Source of the DNA: Acidimicrobiales bacterium
GTDB lineage: Bacteria; Actinomycetota; Acidimicrobiia; Acidimicrobiales; RAAP-2
Reading direction: 5' to 3'
NCBI GenBank assembly: GCA_036489715.1
Contig: DASXFG010000063.1
Coordinates: 2,272 to 66,271, forward strand
Length of the DNA stretch: 64,000 nucleotides
Shown here: positions 29,700 through 40,707 of the stretch, one piece after another
Layout: each line of letters begins with the position of its first letter
Position numbering within the stretch: position 1 is the stretch's first letter
The notes under the pieces: model-generated
What the model saw: only the letters and a program-made list of their open reading frames with translations
What the model was told of the DNA's origin: nothing
The model's database searches: none
Made by a program: the position numbers and the translations under genes

Positions 29700-30859
29700 T
29701 GTCCCATGCCTACGCCCTGAGATCGCTGCAGGGCCTTGCCTTCGGTCTGCAACGAGGGCGCCAGCATGATCTCCGCCTTCTGGAACTCCTTGAGGGTCTC
29801 GTATCCGCACGTCGCCATCGAGGTGCGCAGCGCGCCCATGAGGTTGAGGCGTCCGTCGTTCTCGTGGGCCGGCCCCAGCAGGATCTCTTTAAGGCTCCCT
29901 CGTACCTGCGTACGTACGCGCGTGCCGCGCGGCAGGGTGGGGTGGAAGGTCGCCATTCCCCAGTGAAATCCGTGCGCGGGCGCCTCAACGGCGCTGGTGA
30001 GAGGCGAGCCGATCATGACCGCATCGGCGCCGCAGGCAATGGCCTTGGCGATGTCGCCGCCCTTGCTCATGCCGCCGTCGGCGATGACGTGGACGTAGAC
30101 CCCGGTCTCGTCGAGGTGACGCATACGCGCACCCGCGACGTCGGCAATCGCCGTGGCCTGGGGAACGCCGATGCCCAACACGGCGCGAGACGTGCACGCA
30201 TTTCCCGGGCCGACGCCGACGAGCACGCCGGCCGCCCCCGTGCGCATGAGGTGCAGCGCGGCCTGGTAGCTCGCGCAGCCTCCGACGATCACTGGCACTT
30301 CGAACTCACGAATGAACTTCTTTAAGTTGAGCGGCTCGGCCGTCTTTGAGACGTGCTCGGCCGAGACCACGGTTCCCTGAATCACCAGAATGTCGAGACC
30401 CGAGTCGATGATGGTCTTGGCCATCCAGGACGTGCGCTGGGGCGTCACCGAGGCGGAGGTTGTTATGCCCGCGTCCTTCATCTGCTTAATACGCTCGGCC
30501 ACGAGTTCGAGCTTGATGGGCTCGAGATACATCTGTTGCATGCGCGCGGTGGCCTTGTCGTCATCCAACTCGGTGATCTCTTCAAAGAGCGGAGTCGGGT
30601 CTTCGTAGCGGGTCCATAGGCCTTCGAGGTTGAGCACGCCCAGCCCGCCGAGTCGTCCGAGCTCGATGGCGGTGAGAGGTGATATTGCTCCGTCCATCGC
30701 CGAACCGAGGACCGGGATCTCGAATTTGTACGCGTCGATCTGCCAGGCGATGTCGACGTCCTCGGGATCGCGAGTGCGCCGCGAGGGCACAATCGCAATG
30801 TCGTCAAAGCCGTAGGCCTGACGAGCCGACTTAAAGATGCCGATCTCCACTTCCGCCAT
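29696..30859 (-). CDS. IMP dehydrogenase-family protein lacking CBS pair (GuaB3-like)
   Basis: [27 protein letters not shown]-barrel IMPDH/GMPR family; about 387 aa; GGAGGA lies upstream of ATG 30859. Confidence 0.7.
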   Translation of the reverse strand: MAEVEIGIFKSARQAYGFDDIAIVPSRRTRDPEDVDIAWQIDAYKFEIPVLGSAMDGAISPLTAIELGRLGGLGVLNLEGLWTRYEDPTPLFEEITELDDDKATARMQQMYLEPIKLELVAERIKQMKDAGITTSASVTPQRTSWMAKTIIDSGLDILVIQGTVVSAEHVSKTAEPLNLKKFIREFEVPVIVGGCASYQAALHLMRTGAAGVLVGVGPGNACTSRAVLGIGVPQATAIADVAGARMRHLDETGVYVHVIADGGMSKGGDIAKAIACGADAVMIGSPLTSAVEAPAHGFHWGMATFHPTLPRGTRVRTQVRGSLKEILLGPAHENDGRLNLMGALRTSMATCGYETLKEFQKAEIMLAPSLQTEGKALQRSQGVGMGH

Positions 30860-30913
30860 GAAGTCCTCCGCGTGTCGCGAGCGCAAAAATGCGCCGCTTT
30901 CGCCCCAATCCTA

Positions 30914-31711
30914 CTAGCGAGTCTGCGCGGCGGAGTCGTCCGGGGCGGGCACCGGCACCCCCAGCGCGAGACAGAGCAGTTCAGTGAGGATGCGCGCGGT
31001 CGCCCCCCAGACCAGGTCGTCGGGGACGCGAAAGAAATGGAGAGGAAAGTAAGCCTGCGCGTCCGCACCGGGGCGAGACGGCGGGCGGCGCCAGCGCTCT
31101 TCGAGAAACGCACCCTCGGCCGCGAGGTCGCTTAAGGCGACGCTAAAGGCCCGATCCACCTCGATCGGATCGATCACGAAGACGGGTCGGCTCTCCAAAG
31201 CGGCGACGATGGGAAAGATCGCCGAACCAGAGGCGAAGGTCGCGATCGGACTCAGCCAGCTCACCGGCGTCGCCCGCGCCGTATCCAGACCGATTTCCTC
31301 ATGCGCTTCTCGAAGTGCGGTCTGGGTGGGCGTTTCGCCGTCGTGGCTCCGTCCTCCGGGAAACGACACCTCTCCACGATGCGTGCGCATCGAAAATGAT
31401 CGTCGGGTAAGGATGACGTGGGTGTCGCCGTCTTCTTCGAAGAGCCCAACCAGGACCGCGGAGCGTTGAGTGACCGGAGCGGGCACGTCGTCGGCGACGA
31501 GTTCTCGGGGCCAATTCGGCGGGTTGCTCGCGCCGAGTTGGCGGCCGGCGCGATCAAGGCGACTCAGTACGACCTCCAGAGTCAAATCTCCCCGAGAGGC
31601 GACGTCGGCCCAGGGAGCTGGTCCGCCAGGAAGAATCTCGCCGGGGTCCGGGATGATCTGGGGGTAGCGGTGACCATCAAATCGCGGGATTCTCGCCTCC
31701 GGCGGGGTCAT
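30914..31711 (-). CDS. Nudix hydrolase, CoA pyrophosphatase type
   Basis: Nudix box GGRSHDGETPTQTALREAHEEIGL preceded by VILTRRSFSMRTHRGEVSFPGG, matching the CoA-motif LLTxR..Rx3Gx3FPGG. Confidence 0.7.
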   Translation of the reverse strand: MTPPEARIPRFDGHRYPQIIPDPGEILPGGPAPWADVASRGDLTLEVVLSRLDRAGRQLGASNPPNWPRELVADDVPAPVTQRSAVLVGLFEEDGDTHVILTRRSFSMRTHRGEVSFPGGRSHDGETPTQTALREAHEEIGLDTARATPVSWLSPIATFASGSAIFPIVAALESRPVFVIDPIEVDRAFSVALSDLAAEGAFLEERWRRPPSRPGADAQAYFPLHFFRVPDDLVWGATARILTELLCLALGVPVPAPDDSAAQTR

Positions 31712-31759
31712 GGAGTTCCTCTAGACTTTTAATTCGCTTCGCGTACGTACGGTAACGCA

Positions 31760-33961
31760 GTGCTTCCAACCCCCCAGGAGATTATTCCCTTGTCATCCCT
31801 CGCCCGTTTTTGTGTACGACACCGCTGGTGGATCCTCGCGGTGTGGATTGTCGTCTTCTTCTTGATCAACGGCATCTCGCGCGCCGAGGGATCGGCGTAT
31901 TCCAATGCCTTTAGCCTCCCGGGCACGAACTCGACGATGGCCCAGAACCTGCTCAAGTCCGGCTTCACCGAGATCTCGGGGGACTCGGATCAGATTGTCT
32001 TTCACTCGACCGATGGCCCGGTTGCCACCCACGAGGCCGATATCCAGCGGGTGCTAAAGAAGATCGCGGGCCTGCCCAAGGTGGCGACAGTGACCTCGCC
32101 CTGGTGTACCGGTCCTTTCCTGGTGGACAAGGTCGACGGAACCTGCGTCGGCACATCGCAGATCTCTAAGAGCGGCACCATCGCCTACGCGGACGTGCAC
32201 TTCACCCAGTACGCGAACTACTTGACCAACGCCCAGATCCAATCGGTCGTCACTGAGGCGTCCACTCTGCGTTCGCACTCGCTGCAGGTCCAGTTCGGCG
32301 GCAACGCCATCGAAAACTTGACCGCCAAGGCGTCGAGCCCCTATGAGTTTGTGGGCATCATCGCCACCGCCGTCGTGCTCGCCCTCGCCTTCGGGTCCCT
32401 GCTGGCGATGTTGCTACCCCTCGGCGTCGCCCTCTTCGCCCTGGGCATCTCCCTCGCTGCGGGGGTTCTGCTCAGCCACGGCCTCGCCATCGCGAATTTC
32501 GCCCCCATCCTCGGATCCCTCATCGGTTTGGGCGTGGGGATCGACTACGCCCTCTTTATCGTCACGCGCGCCCGCCAAGAACTCAAACGCGGAAACTCCG
32601 TGGAAGATGCGGTGGCGATTTCGATCAACACCTCCGGGCGGGCGGTGCTCTTCGCCGGAACGACGGTGTGCATCGCGCTGCTGGGCATGTTCGTGCTCGG
32701 CCTCTCCTTCATGAACGGAGTGGCGGTCACCGCCTCGCTGGCGGTTCTCGTTACCATGCTCGCTTCGGTGACGTTGCTGCCCTCACTCCTGGGCTTTCAG
32801 AAGAGTCGCGTGCTCAGTCGTCGCGAGCGACGCAACCTGGCCGAGAACGGTCCTGCTCCGGTCGTCGTGTCTGGACCGTGGCAGCGCTGGGCCCACTTCG
32901 TAGCCCGCCACCCGCGCGCGCTCTCGCTCGGCGCGTTCGCGATCATCATCTTGGTGATCGTGCCGTTCTTCTCGCTGCAGTTAGGCAGCTCGGACGCCGG
33001 GACCGACCCGGGAACCTCGACTACCCGCCAGGCCTACGACCTGCTCGCCCAAGGCTTCGGTCCCGGTTTTAACGGTCCGCTGGAGATCGTCGGCGCCATC
33101 CACTCGTCTGCGGACAAGACGGCGATGGTCAGTCTGGACCACACACTGAAGGGCAAGCCCGGCGTCGCCGAGATCGAGCCGGTCTTCACTAACCCGGCGG
33201 GCACGGTGGGCGTCATTCAACTCACCCCAACCACGAGTCCCCAGAGCTCCAAGACCACGACTTTGATCGACGAGATTCGCAACACCTATATTCCCAAGGC
33301 GACGGCGACGTCGCACACCAAGATCTACGTCGGCGGCATCACCGCGATCTTCGCGGATTTCGCCGCCGTGCTCACGAGCAAACTGCCGCTATTCATCGGC
33401 GTCATCGTGCTACTGGGCTGCCTGCTCTTGATGGTGGCGTTTCGCAGCGTCGTCGTTCCCCTCGTCGCGGCCGTGATGAACCTGCTCGCAGTGGGCGCCT
33501 CGTTCGGCTTGGTGGTGGCGGTGTTCCAATGGGGTTGGGGTGCGTCGCTGCTCGGAGCGGGAACCGGTCCGGTGGAGTCGTTTCTACCGATCATCATGAT
33601 CGCGATTCTCTTCGGGCTGTCCATGGACTATCAGGTCTTCCTGGTCTCGCGCATGCACGAAGAGTGGCTCAACACCAATGACAACGAAGAAGCAATCGTG
33701 CGCGGGCAGGCCAACACCGGTCGCGTGATCACCGCCGCGGCGTTGGTCATGATCTGCGTCTTTCTGTCCTTCGCGGTGGGCGGCGCGCGAGTGATCGCGG
33801 AGTTCGGCGTCGGACTGGGCGGAGCGGTGCTGATCGACGCCTTCATCATCCGCACCGTGCTGGTGCCCGCCCTGATGCACTTCATCGGCAAGGGCAACTG
33901 GTACATGCCCGGATGGCTCAACCGAGTCGTGCCCCACGTGGCCGTCGAAGCAACGGAGTAG
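31760..33961 (+). CDS. MMPL-family (RND superfamily) membrane transporter
   Basis: 733 aa, two blocks of TM helices separated by soluble loops; GIDYALFIV and GLSMDYQVFLVSRMHEE motifs typical of MMPL proteins. Confidence 0.8.
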   Translation: MLPTPQEIIPLSSLARFCVRHRWWILAVWIVVFFLINGISRAEGSAYSNAFSLPGTNSTMAQNLLKSGFTEISGDSDQIVFHSTDGPVATHEADIQRVLKKIAGLPKVATVTSPWCTGPFLVDKVDGTCVGTSQISKSGTIAYADVHFTQYANYLTNAQIQSVVTEASTLRSHSLQVQFGGNAIENLTAKASSPYEFVGIIATAVVLALAFGSLLAMLLPLGVALFALGISLAAGVLLSHGLAIANFAPILGSLIGLGVGIDYALFIVTRARQELKRGNSVEDAVAISINTSGRAVLFAGTTVCIALLGMFVLGLSFMNGVAVTASLAVLVTMLASVTLLPSLLGFQKSRVLSRRERRNLAENGPAPVVVSGPWQRWAHFVARHPRALSLGAFAIIILVIVPFFSLQLGSSDAGTDPGTSTTRQAYDLLAQGFGPGFNGPLEIVGAIHSSADKTAMVSLDHTLKGKPGVAEIEPVFTNPAGTVGVIQLTPTTSPQSSKTTTLIDEIRNTYIPKATATSHTKIYVGGITAIFADFAAVLTSKLPLFIGVIVLLGCLLLMVAFRSVVVPLVAAVMNLLAVGASFGLVVAVFQWGWGASLLGAGTGPVESFLPIIMIAILFGLSMDYQVFLVSRMHEEWLNTNDNEEAIVRGQANTGRVITAAALVMICVFLSFAVGGARVIAEFGVGLGGAVLIDAFIIRTVLVPALMHFIGKGNWYMPGWLNRVVPHVAVEATE

Positions 33962-34029
33962 CACGTCGCACTAGTTCGGCGCCGTCTCCAACGTGACTTC
34001 GATGGAGTTCGCGCGGTTAGATCTTCTTA

Positions 34030-34770
34030 CTAGAAACCGGGCTCTCGTTGCACCGCGCGAGCGAACGCCAACGCGTCGGCGCGACACGTGGCGTTGAGCG
34101 CCACACCCATGCGACAGGTCATCCACATATCGAAATTGTGCGACGCCTGGGCGACGAGAACGCTCAGCGTCGGAACGCCCCCCGGACCAGGGGTGTACGC
34201 CGGGGGCGCGACGTTGGCCGGGCTCACCACCTCGACGATCACCCGGGACGACCCGGCGTTGCCAAACAGGTACTTGACGCTGGTCCCGTGCGGTCGTCGA
34301 GAGTTCGCCGCGTCGCAGGGAAATGTCACGTTCCAGTGCCGATAGGTCGAATACGGACAGATACCAGTACCGATTCCGTCCTGGACGCCGGCAGAGATCG
34401 ACACGGAAATGCCGTTACGAGCTCCGTCCGATGCCGTTGCGCCCTCCGGGGGAAATATCTGGGCGCTGGCCCCCGAACCGTGTCCGTCGACAACCTCGCA
34501 GGCCCAACTGCTCGGTGCCGTGAGTGATATCGGGGCCGGAGGGTTGTTCCTCACGGTAACTTGAAACACGCTGTTCAGCGAGGTCCCATCGGACTGCTCA
34601 ACGTCGCACGAGTCGTAGGGGTGAGACGCACGACCAGAAAGCCGCGCCGCGCCGGCATCAACCTGGCTCGCCACGGTAGCGCTCAGCATCAAAACAAGGG
34701 CCAGCAACCTCAACGCGTTCTTAAAAATGGGGCCGGACGAAAATATCTTCACTCCCAGATCTTGGCCCAC
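34030..34770 (-). CDS. Hypothetical secreted protein, six Cys, no family recognised
   Basis: Signal-peptide-like N-terminus (KNALRLLALVLMLSATVASQVDA) and Cys at six dispersed positions. Start uncertain (GTG 34770 or GTG 34752); no recognisable motif. Confidence 0.45.
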   Translation of the reverse strand: MGQDLGVKIFSSGPIFKNALRLLALVLMLSATVASQVDAGAARLSGRASHPYDSCDVEQSDGTSLNSVFQVTVRNNPPAPISLTAPSSWACEVVDGHGSGASAQIFPPEGATASDGARNGISVSISAGVQDGIGTGICPYSTYRHWNVTFPCDAANSRRPHGTSVKYLFGNAGSSRVIVEVVSPANVAPPAYTPGPGGVPTLSVLVAQASHNFDMWMTCRMGVALNATCRADALAFARAVQREPGF

Positions 34771-34785
34771 GCGGTACGGGAAAGC

Positions 34786-34816
34786 AGAACAGCCGGGCGC
34801 GACGCCCGGCTGTTCT
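34786..34816 (-). terminator. Stem-loop downstream of groEL (candidate intrinsic terminator)
   Basis: Perfect 13-14 bp inverted repeat agaacagccgggcg/cgcccggctgttct starting 22 nt after the groEL stop; followed on the minus-strand RNA by GCUUUCCC (short U run). Confidence 0.6.
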
Positions 34817-34837
34817 CGCGATCTACAAGACCGACGG

Positions 34838-36511
<1,674 letters not shown>

Positions 36512-36805
36512 CTACTTAGAGATGGTGGCCAGTACGTCGCGGCCGGACAGAATCAGAAGGTCTTCGCCATCGACGGTGATTTCGGTCCCGCCGTACTTTG
36601 AATAGACGACGGTGTCGCCCTCGCTGACGCCCGTGGGGATCACTTCGCCGGTGGAGTCGGCGCGACGGCCGGGACCTACGGCGAGCACTTCACCCTGCTG
36701 GGGCTTTTCCTTGGCCGTGTCGGGGATCACGAGGCCCGACGCCGTGGTGGCCTCGGCGCTGTTGGGACGAACGACAATGCGGTCTTCTAGTGGGTGCAAC
36801 TTCAT
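36512..36805 (-). CDS. groES: Co-chaperonin GroES
   Basis: [37 protein letters not shown]; CAGGAGG RBS upstream of ATG 36805. Confidence 0.9.
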   Translation of the reverse strand: MKLHPLEDRIVVRPNSAEATTASGLVIPDTAKEKPQQGEVLAVGPGRRADSTGEVIPTGVSEGDTVVYSKYGGTEITVDGEDLLILSGRDVLATISK

Positions 36806-36823
36806 TTCTTGCCTCCTGAGCAA

Positions 36824-36850
36824 TTAGCACTCGTTACTTGCGACTGCCAA
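36824..36850 (-). promoter_or_regulatory. CIRCE operator (proximal), HrcA binding site
   Basis: Minus-strand reading TTGGCAGTC-N9-GAGTGCTAA versus consensus TTAGCACTC-N9-GAGTGCTAA (16/18); 19 nt upstream of the groES start. Confidence 0.8.
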
Positions 36851-36879
36851 TCTTAGCAGCCGAGTATTCCGAGTGCCAA
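36850..36879 (-). promoter_or_regulatory. Candidate groES-groEL promoter overlapping the distal CIRCE
   Basis: -35 TTGGCA (36874-36879), 18-nt spacer, -10 TAAGAT (36850-36855), read on the minus strand. Confidence 0.5.
36853..36879 (-). promoter_or_regulatory. CIRCE operator (distal)
   Basis: Minus-strand reading TTGGCACTC-N9-GGCTGCTAA (15/18 to consensus); tandem with the proximal copy, 2 nt apart. Confidence 0.7.
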
Positions 36880-36928
36880 CAGACGATTCGCTGCGACGTC
36901 CGCGTCGACACCGCCAAAAGCGGACCGG

Positions 36929-37540
36929 CTAGGGCGAGAGTCGCTCCCGGCGCCAGGTCGACCCCTCACTGAGGTATGCGATCCGGTCGTGCAGGCGGCT
37001 TTCTCGGTGTTGCCAGAACTCGAAACGGGCCGGAACGAGTCGAAAGCCGCCCCAATAGTCGGGGCGCGGCACATCGCGCGCGCCGAACTCCTGGTCAATA
37101 GCGGTGACGCGCGCCTCAAGCTCGCGTCGGTCGGTCAGAACCTGGCTCTGGCGCGAAGCGCGCGCGCCGATGCGGCTCTCTCGCGGTCGGGTGGAAAAGT
37201 AGGCGTCGGACTCCTCGGCGGTCATTGATTCGACTCGACCCTCGATGCGGATTTGGCGCCCCCGGGGCTCGCAGTACCACAACAGCGCCGCTCGGGGGTT
37301 GGCCAGGAGTTCCTCTCCCTTGCGCGACTCGTAGTTGGTGTACCAGCCAAAAGTTCGCTGCTGATGCCAGCGCATCAGAACCATGCGCACACTGGGAATC
37401 CCGGTTCCCGTCGCGGTCGCCAGGGCGACTGCTTCTCGTTCGGGCATGAGGCCTTCAGCCTCCCCAAACCACCGATCGAACTGAGCGAAGGGGTCGGGAT
37501 CGGTGTGCTCGACGTCGAGGGGCACCCAGCGCTCGCTCAC
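36929..37540 (-). CDS. pdxH: Pyridoxamine 5'-phosphate oxidase
   Basis: RMVLMR...GWYTNYESRKG, RIEG, YWGGFRL.P..FEFWQ motifs; GTG 37540 in a GTGA overlap with the tsaD stop. Confidence 0.8.
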   Translation of the reverse strand: MSERWVPLDVEHTDPDPFAQFDRWFGEAEGLMPEREAVALATATGTGIPSVRMVLMRWHQQRTFGWYTNYESRKGEELLANPRAALLWYCEPRGRQIRIEGRVESMTAEESDAYFSTRPRESRIGARASRQSQVLTDRRELEARVTAIDQEFGARDVPRPDYWGGFRLVPARFEFWQHRESRLHDRIAYLSEGSTWRRERLSP

Positions 37541-38544
37541 GACACCTCCGCCAACTGCCAGTTGGGCCGCGCGGCGAGGGACAGTGGACTGGGTCCATCG
37601 GTGCCCAGACGGTGCAGACCCGCGGCCGCGATCATGGCGGCATTGTCGGTACACATCGCCATCGAGGGTAGATGCACGGCGATCCCGAACTCCGAGCCCA
37701 GTGAACTCACGCCGGCACGCAGCGCTGAATTCGCAGCCACCCCCCCGGCGAGTGCGACGCCCGCGACCTCGTAGCGCTCCAGCGCGCGGCGCAGTTTGCG
37801 CAGCAACTGTTCACAGACCGATAGCTGAAACGACGCGGCCACGTCAGCAATCTCGACCTCAGACCCGGAGGGAGTCGCGCGCACCACCGCCGTCTTCAAA
37901 CCTGAGAACGACAGATCGAAATCGTTGCCAATCGAAGAGATCGGCAACGCCAAACTCTCGGGGGACCCTGTCGCCGCTAACCGATCGATCTCGGGCCCGC
38001 CGGGATAACCCAGGCCCAGCCAGCGGGCCACCTTGTCGTACGCTTCGCCCGCAGCGTCGTCGATCGTCTCGCCGAGCACTTCGTGCTCTCCCACGGTGCG
38101 CTGCAGGACGATCATGCTGTGGCCGCCCGAGACGAGCAGGCTCATGAGGGGCCACCGCACCTCGCCGGCCTCCAGCAAGGGTGCAAAAAGATGTCCCTCT
38201 AGATGATTCACGCCTATCAGGGGCACATCCCACGCGAAAGCCAACGCCTTGGCGGTAGAGAGGCCGACCAGTAGGGATCCGATCAGGCCCGGACCGCTGG
38301 TCACGGCAACACCGTCGATGGCCGGAGCAGAGGGATCGAGGTCGGCATCGGCCAGAACCTGACGCACGACGGGACCAATGGTGGCGACGTGAGCGCGACC
38401 GGCCAATTCGGGCACCACGCCCCCAAAAGCGCGGTGCTGGTCGATCGAGGACTCGACGACCGACGCTCGAATCTGAAACTGATCGTCGACCAGGGCCGCG
38501 GCCGTCTCGTCGCAACTCGTCTCGATACCCAGGACCAGCGCCAT
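37537..38544 (-). CDS. tsaD: tRNA N6-adenosine threonylcarbamoyltransferase TsaD
   Basis: LGIETSCDETA, GVNHLEGH, SGGHS motifs (Kae1/Gcp family). Confidence 0.9.
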   Translation of the reverse strand: MALVLGIETSCDETAAALVDDQFQIRASVVESSIDQHRAFGGVVPELAGRAHVATIGPVVRQVLADADLDPSAPAIDGVAVTSGPGLIGSLLVGLSTAKALAFAWDVPLIGVNHLEGHLFAPLLEAGEVRWPLMSLLVSGGHSMIVLQRTVGEHEVLGETIDDAAGEAYDKVARWLGLGYPGGPEIDRLAATGSPESLALPISSIGNDFDLSFSGLKTAVVRATPSGSEVEIADVAASFQLSVCEQLLRKLRRALERYEVAGVALAGGVAANSALRAGVSSLGSEFGIAVHLPSMAMCTDNAAMIAAAGLHRLGTDGPSPLSLAARPNWQLAEVS

Positions 38545-38567
38545 TCGACCAGCGTAGAGCCAGGGAA

Positions 38568-39017
38568 TCAGTCCAAATCGGCCCAGAGAATGAGGGCGTC
38601 CTCGTGAATCCGTTCGTAGTAGTTCTTGCGGATGCCCACCGGTCGAAAACCGTAGCGGGCGTAGAGCGCCTGGGCGCGCTCGTTGGACACCGCCACTTCT
38701 AATGTGGCGCGCTTGATTCCGCGCACCTTGGCGTCAGCCCACGCGTCGTCCATCAGCGACGTGGCCACGCCACGCCCCTCGTGCTCTGGGAGCGTGCCGA
38801 TGGTATTGACGTGCAACTCGTCCATCACGAACATCACTCCCATATAACCGATGACGACGCGGTTTTGCACCGCGACGCGGTAGCGCCGCGTTTCGGCGTT
38901 GGTGATCTCGTCGAGCATCATCGTTCTGGACCACGGCTCGGGAAACTGCGCGGCCTCGATAACCAAGATGTCCGGCACGTCGCGACGCTCGGCGTCACGA
39001 ATCGCCCACTCGCTCAT
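38568..39017 (-). CDS. rimI: Ribosomal-protein-alanine N-acetyltransferase
   Basis: GNAT fold (HEGRGVATSLM.., LEVAVSNERAQALYARYGF) in the conserved tsaB-rimI-tsaD position; ATGA overlap with the tsaB stop. Confidence 0.75.
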   Translation of the reverse strand: MSEWAIRDAERRDVPDILVIEAAQFPEPWSRTMMLDEITNAETRRYRVAVQNRVVIGYMGVMFVMDELHVNTIGTLPEHEGRGVATSLMDDAWADAKVRGIKRATLEVAVSNERAQALYARYGFRPVGIRKNYYERIHEDALILWADLD

Positions 39018-39691
39018 GGGCGTTCGCGGGTCGAAAAGTTCGCCACCGCGTCGGCCTCGCGCAGATAAAGGGGCACCACCGTCTCTTGGGCGCCGCGGGT
39101 GCTCGCTACTTCGATCGCGACGCGCGGCGAGGGAAGAACCAGGTCGAGCACCGTGGTGTTTCCCAGCGCGGCGAACTGCTCCTCGTATCGCGCGGCCCCG
39201 TCTCCGCACAGGTATATCGACTCCTCGCCATCGGACCACTCGGCTACCAGCGACTCCGCGGTCGTGACCACGGGATCACCGAGAATCATCAGAGAGGAGT
39301 GCAACGAGAAGGTTTGGACGAAGAGTTCCCCGCGCCGCGCGTCCACCGCCGCCACCAGCGTCCCCTCGACGCCGCCATCGAGCGCTTCACGGGCGAGTAC
39401 CTCAAGAGACGTGACGGCGACCAGTTCGGCGCGGGTGGCAAGACCGAGGCCGATGGCGGTAGCCACCCCCACGCGCAGACCCGTATAGAGGCCAGGTCCA
39501 CGGTCGATGACCACCCGATCGAGTTCCGACGCCTTCAGATCGTGCTCTCGAAGAAGTTGCTGGACACCGGGCATCAACGTCTCGGTGTGACGTCGCCCGC
39601 CATCGAGCACGACCTCTCGTTCCTCACCAGAGTTGAGGCGCAGCGCGATCGCGCACGATGTCGTGGCGCTCTCGATGGCGAGAACATTCAC
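39014..39691 (-). CDS. tsaB: tRNA threonylcarbamoyladenosine biosynthesis protein TsaB
   Basis: VLAIESATTSCAIAL..IDRGPGLYTGLRVG; GTG 39691 in a GTGA overlap with the tsaE stop. Confidence 0.8.
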   Translation of the reverse strand: MNVLAIESATTSCAIALRLNSGEEREVVLDGGRRHTETLMPGVQQLLREHDLKASELDRVVIDRGPGLYTGLRVGVATAIGLGLATRAELVAVTSLEVLAREALDGGVEGTLVAAVDARRGELFVQTFSLHSSLMILGDPVVTTAESLVAEWSDGEESIYLCGDGAARYEEQFAALGNTTVLDLVLPSPRVAIEVASTRGAQETVVPLYLREADAVANFSTRERP

Positions 39692-40164
39692 GAGCGAGCC
39701 CACTCTGTTATCTCCTCGGCTCGGTCATCGATGGCGCCCTCGACGCTGAGGGTCCGACCTTCTTCTCGATCGACTTCGAAAGTCACCGTGATCACGTTGC
39801 GACCGAATAACGACGAGGCGATATCGCCCCACTCGACCAGGGCGACGGCCGACTCCTCGACCAGCTCACCCAGGGCCAGATCGTCGACTTCGCTCAGTGC
39901 ACCGACCCGATACACGTCCGCGTGATGCAGCGTCTCGATACCACGGGCGTTACGGCACTCGTGCTGACGCACGACGGTAAACGTAGGAGACGTGATGCGC
40001 TCTTTCACGCCGAGGCCCCTTCCCACACCTTGAGCGAACGTCGTCTTGCCCGCGCCCAGCGGACCGATAAGCAACACCAAGTCCCCGGCCACTAGCAAGT
40101 GCGCCCACTCCTCGCCCGCGCGCTGAGTCGCGGCGGCGTCAATGCAGAAGCGCTGGACGTTCAC
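39688..40164 (-). CDS. tsaE: tRNA threonylcarbamoyladenosine biosynthesis ATPase TsaE
   Basis: Walker A GPLGAGKTTFAQG, SPTF, HHADVYR motifs; GTGA overlap with the udg stop. Confidence 0.85.
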   Translation of the reverse strand: MNVQRFCIDAAATQRAGEEWAHLLVAGDLVLLIGPLGAGKTTFAQGVGRGLGVKERITSPTFTVVRQHECRNARGIETLHHADVYRVGALSEVDDLALGELVEESAVALVEWGDIASSLFGRNVITVTFEVDREEGRTLSVEGAIDDRAEEITEWARS

Positions 40165-40706
40165 GGTTCTTCCAGCAGTCGACGAATCACCGCAAGATCT
40201 TCGCGCATCACCGCGACTACGCTCGGACCACCTCGCAGCGCCGCCGCCGGGTGGTACGTGGGCACCCCGCGGATCGCTCCGGAGCGAAAGACGTGACCGT
40301 GCACCTGGCCGATGCCCGCGGTGTAGTTAAAGATCGCCCGACCGGCAGTGTTGCCCAGCGTCAAGATGAACGACGGCGCCACGCGGTCCAACTGTTCGAC
40401 CAACCAGGGTCGACATGTCGCGATCTCATTCGGGGTGGGTGTCCGATTGGCCGGCGGTCGACACTTCACGACGTTGGTTACGTAACAGTCCGCGCGATCC
40501 AGACCGACTTCTTCGCCGAGGAGCGTGAAGAAGAGTTTGCCGCTACGCCCAATGAAGGGTGCCCCCCCTTCATCTTCAGTGCGCCCGGGCGCTTCGCCCA
40601 CGATCATGAGTCGCGCGTCGAGGGGGCCGCTGCCGATCACGACCCGTTGACGAGTGGCCGCGAGCGCGCAGCGCACGCACGAGGACATCTCGGCGAAGTC
40701 GGACAT
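40161..40706 (-). CDS. Uracil-DNA glycosylase, family 4 (Fe-S type)
   Basis: Motif A GEAPG (IVGEAPGRTEDEGGAPFIGRSG), motif B TYHPAAALR, and Cys at CVRC, VVKC and ATC positions. Start ATG 40706, 1 nt after the alr stop; ATG 40688 is also possible. Confidence 0.75.
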   Translation of the reverse strand: MSDFAEMSSCVRCALAATRQRVVIGSGPLDARLMIVGEAPGRTEDEGGAPFIGRSGKLFFTLLGEEVGLDRADCYVTNVVKCRPPANRTPTPNEIATCRPWLVEQLDRVAPSFILTLGNTAGRAIFNYTAGIGQVHGHVFRSGAIRGVPTYHPAAALRGGPSVVAVMREDLAVIRRLLEEP

Positions 40707-40707
40707 C

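Noticed and set aside
28158-29810. N-terminal extensions of ORF-track entries (guaA, echA, metF, cupin, pdxH, rimI, udg, rplM, rpsD, rpsH, rplE, rpmC, glycosidase, ctaD, ctaF, sdhB and the sdh anchor)
   Set aside because: The extra residues are Arg/Pro/Gly-rich, overlap the upstream gene, and precede an internal start that gives the conserved N-terminus, usually with an RBS or a 1-4 nt stop/start overlap. The shorter coordinates are reported instead.
29908-29919. 12-bp perfect palindrome GCGTACGTACGC
   Set aside because: It lies inside the guaB3-like coding frame (encoding RVRTQV), so it is most simply a coding coincidence. It is mentioned only as a partner of the intergenic copy at 31742-31751.
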